Below are positions 62,501-64,000 of a stretch of 64,000 bases of DNA, piece after piece. Position 1 is the first letter of the stretch; each line of letters starts with the position of its first letter. The position numbers were made by a program, and so were the translations under genes. Source of the DNA: the human T2T-CHM13v2.0 reference genome, Homo sapiens; the NCBI RefSeq assembly GCF_009914755.1, contig NC_060942.1; one strand, written 5' to 3'. Under the pieces are notes generated by a model. That model worked only from the letters and a program-made list of their open reading frames with translations. It searched no databases and had not been told where the DNA came from.

Positions 62501-64000
62501 CAGGTTGGAATCACTCCTTTTGTAGTATCTGGAAGTGGACATTTGGAGCGCTTTCAGGCCTATGTTGAAAAAGGAAATATCTTCCCATAACAACTAGACA
62601 CAAGCATTCTCAGAAACTTGTTTGTGATGTGTGCCCTCTACTGACAGAGTTGAACCTTTCTTTTCATAGAGCAGTTTTGAAACACTCTTTTTGTAGAATC
62701 TGCAAGAGGATATTTGCATAGCTTTGAGGATTTCGTGGGAAACGGGATTGTCTTCAGGTAAAATCTAGACAGAAGCATTCTCAGAAACTTCTTTGGGATG
62801 TTTACATTCAAGTCACAGAGTAGAACATTCCCTTTGGTAGAGCAGGTTTGAAACCCTCTTTTTGTAGTATCTGGAAGTGGACATTTGGAGCGCTTTCTGG
62901 CCCATGTTGGAAAGGGAAATATCTTCCCGTAACAACTAGGCAGAAGCATTCTCAGAAACTTATTTGAGATGTGTGTACTCAACTAAGAGAATTGAACCAC
63001 CGTTTTGAAGGAGCAGTTTTGAAACACTCTTTTTCTGGAATCTGCAAGAGTATATTTGCCTAGCCTTGAGGATTTCGTTGGAAACGGGATTGTCTTCAGA
63101 TAAAATCTAGACAGAAGCATTCTCAGAAACTTCTTTGGGATGTTTGCATTCAAGTCACAGAGTAGAACATTCCCTTTGGTAGAGCAGGTTTGAAACACTC
63201 TTTTTTTAGTATATGGAAGTGGACATTTGGAGCACTTTCAGGCCTACGTTGGAAAAGGAAATATCTTCCCATAACAACTAGACAGAAGCATTCTCAGAAA
63301 CTAGTTTCTGATGTGTGTCCTCAACTAACACAGTTGAACTTTTGTTTAGACAGAACAGTTTTGAAACACTCTTTTTGTGGAATCTGCAAGTGGCTATTTG
63401 GCTAGATTTGAGGATTTCGTTGGAAACGGGATTACATATAAAAAGCAGACAGCAGCATTCTCAGAAAGTTCTTTGTGATGACTGCATTCAAGTCACAGAA
63501 TTGAACATTCCCTTTCACAGAGCAGGTTTGAAACACTCTTTTTGTAGTGTGTGTAAGTGGACATTTGGAGCGCTTTCCGGCCTAAGGTGAAAAAGGAAAT
63601 ATCTTCCCATAAAAACTAGACAGAAGCATTCTCAGAAACTTACTCGTGATGTGTGTCCTCAACTAAAGGAGTAGAAGCTTTCTATTCATAGAGAAGTTTT
63701 GAAACGCTCTTTTTGTGGAATCTCCAAGTGGATATTTGGCTAGTTTTGAGGATTTCGTTGGAAGCGGGAATTCATACAAATTGCAGACTGCAGCGTTCTG
63801 AGAAACATCTTTGTGATGTTTGTATTCAGGACACAGAGATGAACATTCCCTATCATAGAGCAGGTTGGAATCACTCCTTTTGTAGTATCTGGAAGTGGAC
63901 ATTTGGAGCGCTTTCAGGCCTATGTTGAAAAAGGAAATATCTTCCCATAACAACTAGACACAAGCATTCTCAGAAACTTGTTTGTGATGTGTGCCCTCTA

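Larger units (their letters stand above)
1..64000 (+). repeat. Alpha-satellite higher-order repeat array (centromeric; dimeric SF2-like; probably chr18 D18Z1), 1360-bp 8-mer with structural variants
   Basis: Continuous ~171-bp tandem monomers with alphoid hallmarks (CATTCTCAGAAACT..., TTTGAAACACTCTTTTTGT, GTGGACATTTGGAGCGCTTT, TTCGTTGGAARCGGGA) from base 1 to 64000. The ORF track recurs with a 1360-bp period (e.g. 23210, 24570, 25930, 27290...). Alpha-satellite identity is near certain; the D18Z1 assignment is from recollection of its 1.36-kb EcoRI 8-mer with 0.68/2.04-kb variants (~0.75 confidence). Confidence 0.99.

Noticed and set aside
492-63953. About 200 short ORFs (60-125 aa) on both strands, e.g. 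MLWEDISFFNIG..., MFQTCSTKGN..., MSSTNTVE...
   Set aside because: They recur at the HOR period, overlap on opposite strands, often start at non-ATG codons, appear and vanish with single SNVs and resemble no real protein family; they are translations of satellite DNA.
1-64000. CRISPR-like appearance (conserved short motifs such as AGAAGCATTCTCAGAAACT separated by variable sequence)
   Set aside because: The intervening sequence is itself repeated and homologous (171-bp monomers), not unique spacers; there are no cas genes.
1-64000. Inversion or strand switch within the array
   Set aside because: All CENP-B boxes and monomer starts read in the same orientation; no reverse-complement monomer was noticed.
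1-64000. Assignment to other ~1.36-kb SF2 8-mer-based arrays (chr14/22, chr20)
   Set aside because: Considered less likely because the single EcoRI site per unit with 0.68- and 2.04-kb variants fits my recollection of D18Z1; not excluded without a database search.

Overview
The whole 64-kb window is primate (almost certainly human) centromeric alpha-satellite: head-to-tail ~171-bp monomers, all in one orientation, with no genes, RNA genes, transposon insertions or inversions that I could see. Monomers alternate between a CENP-B-box type and a pJalpha-type (dimeric organisation, consistent with suprachromosomal family 2, D1/D2). The dominant higher-order repeat (HOR) is a 1360-bp 8-mer of four dimers that I label A (338 bp, carries the EcoRI site in ...GAAGCGGGAATTC...), B (342), C (342) and D (338). 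Of 47 intervals between successive A-dimer EcoRI sites, 35 are 1359-1360 bp; the rest are structural variants (676 bp x5, 1013, 1699, 1702 x3, 2043, 2382). The 1.36-kb EcoRI period with ~0.68-kb and ~2.04-kb variants, and the sequence as I recall it, point to the chromosome 18 D18Z1 array (from memory, not confirmed by a search). All ORFs in the supplied track are repeat artefacts. I found no novel coding system. What is interesting is array evolution, which can be read from shared SNVs: a unique foreign dimer at ~5.3-5.6 kb that may be a relic of a 10-mer ancestor, two interleaved HOR haplotype layers, in-register deletions and duplications of dimers, 2720-bp super-HORs, a 4.15-kb non-tandem duplication and long-range patch copies. 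All counts and coordinates were read by eye and should be confirmed computationally.
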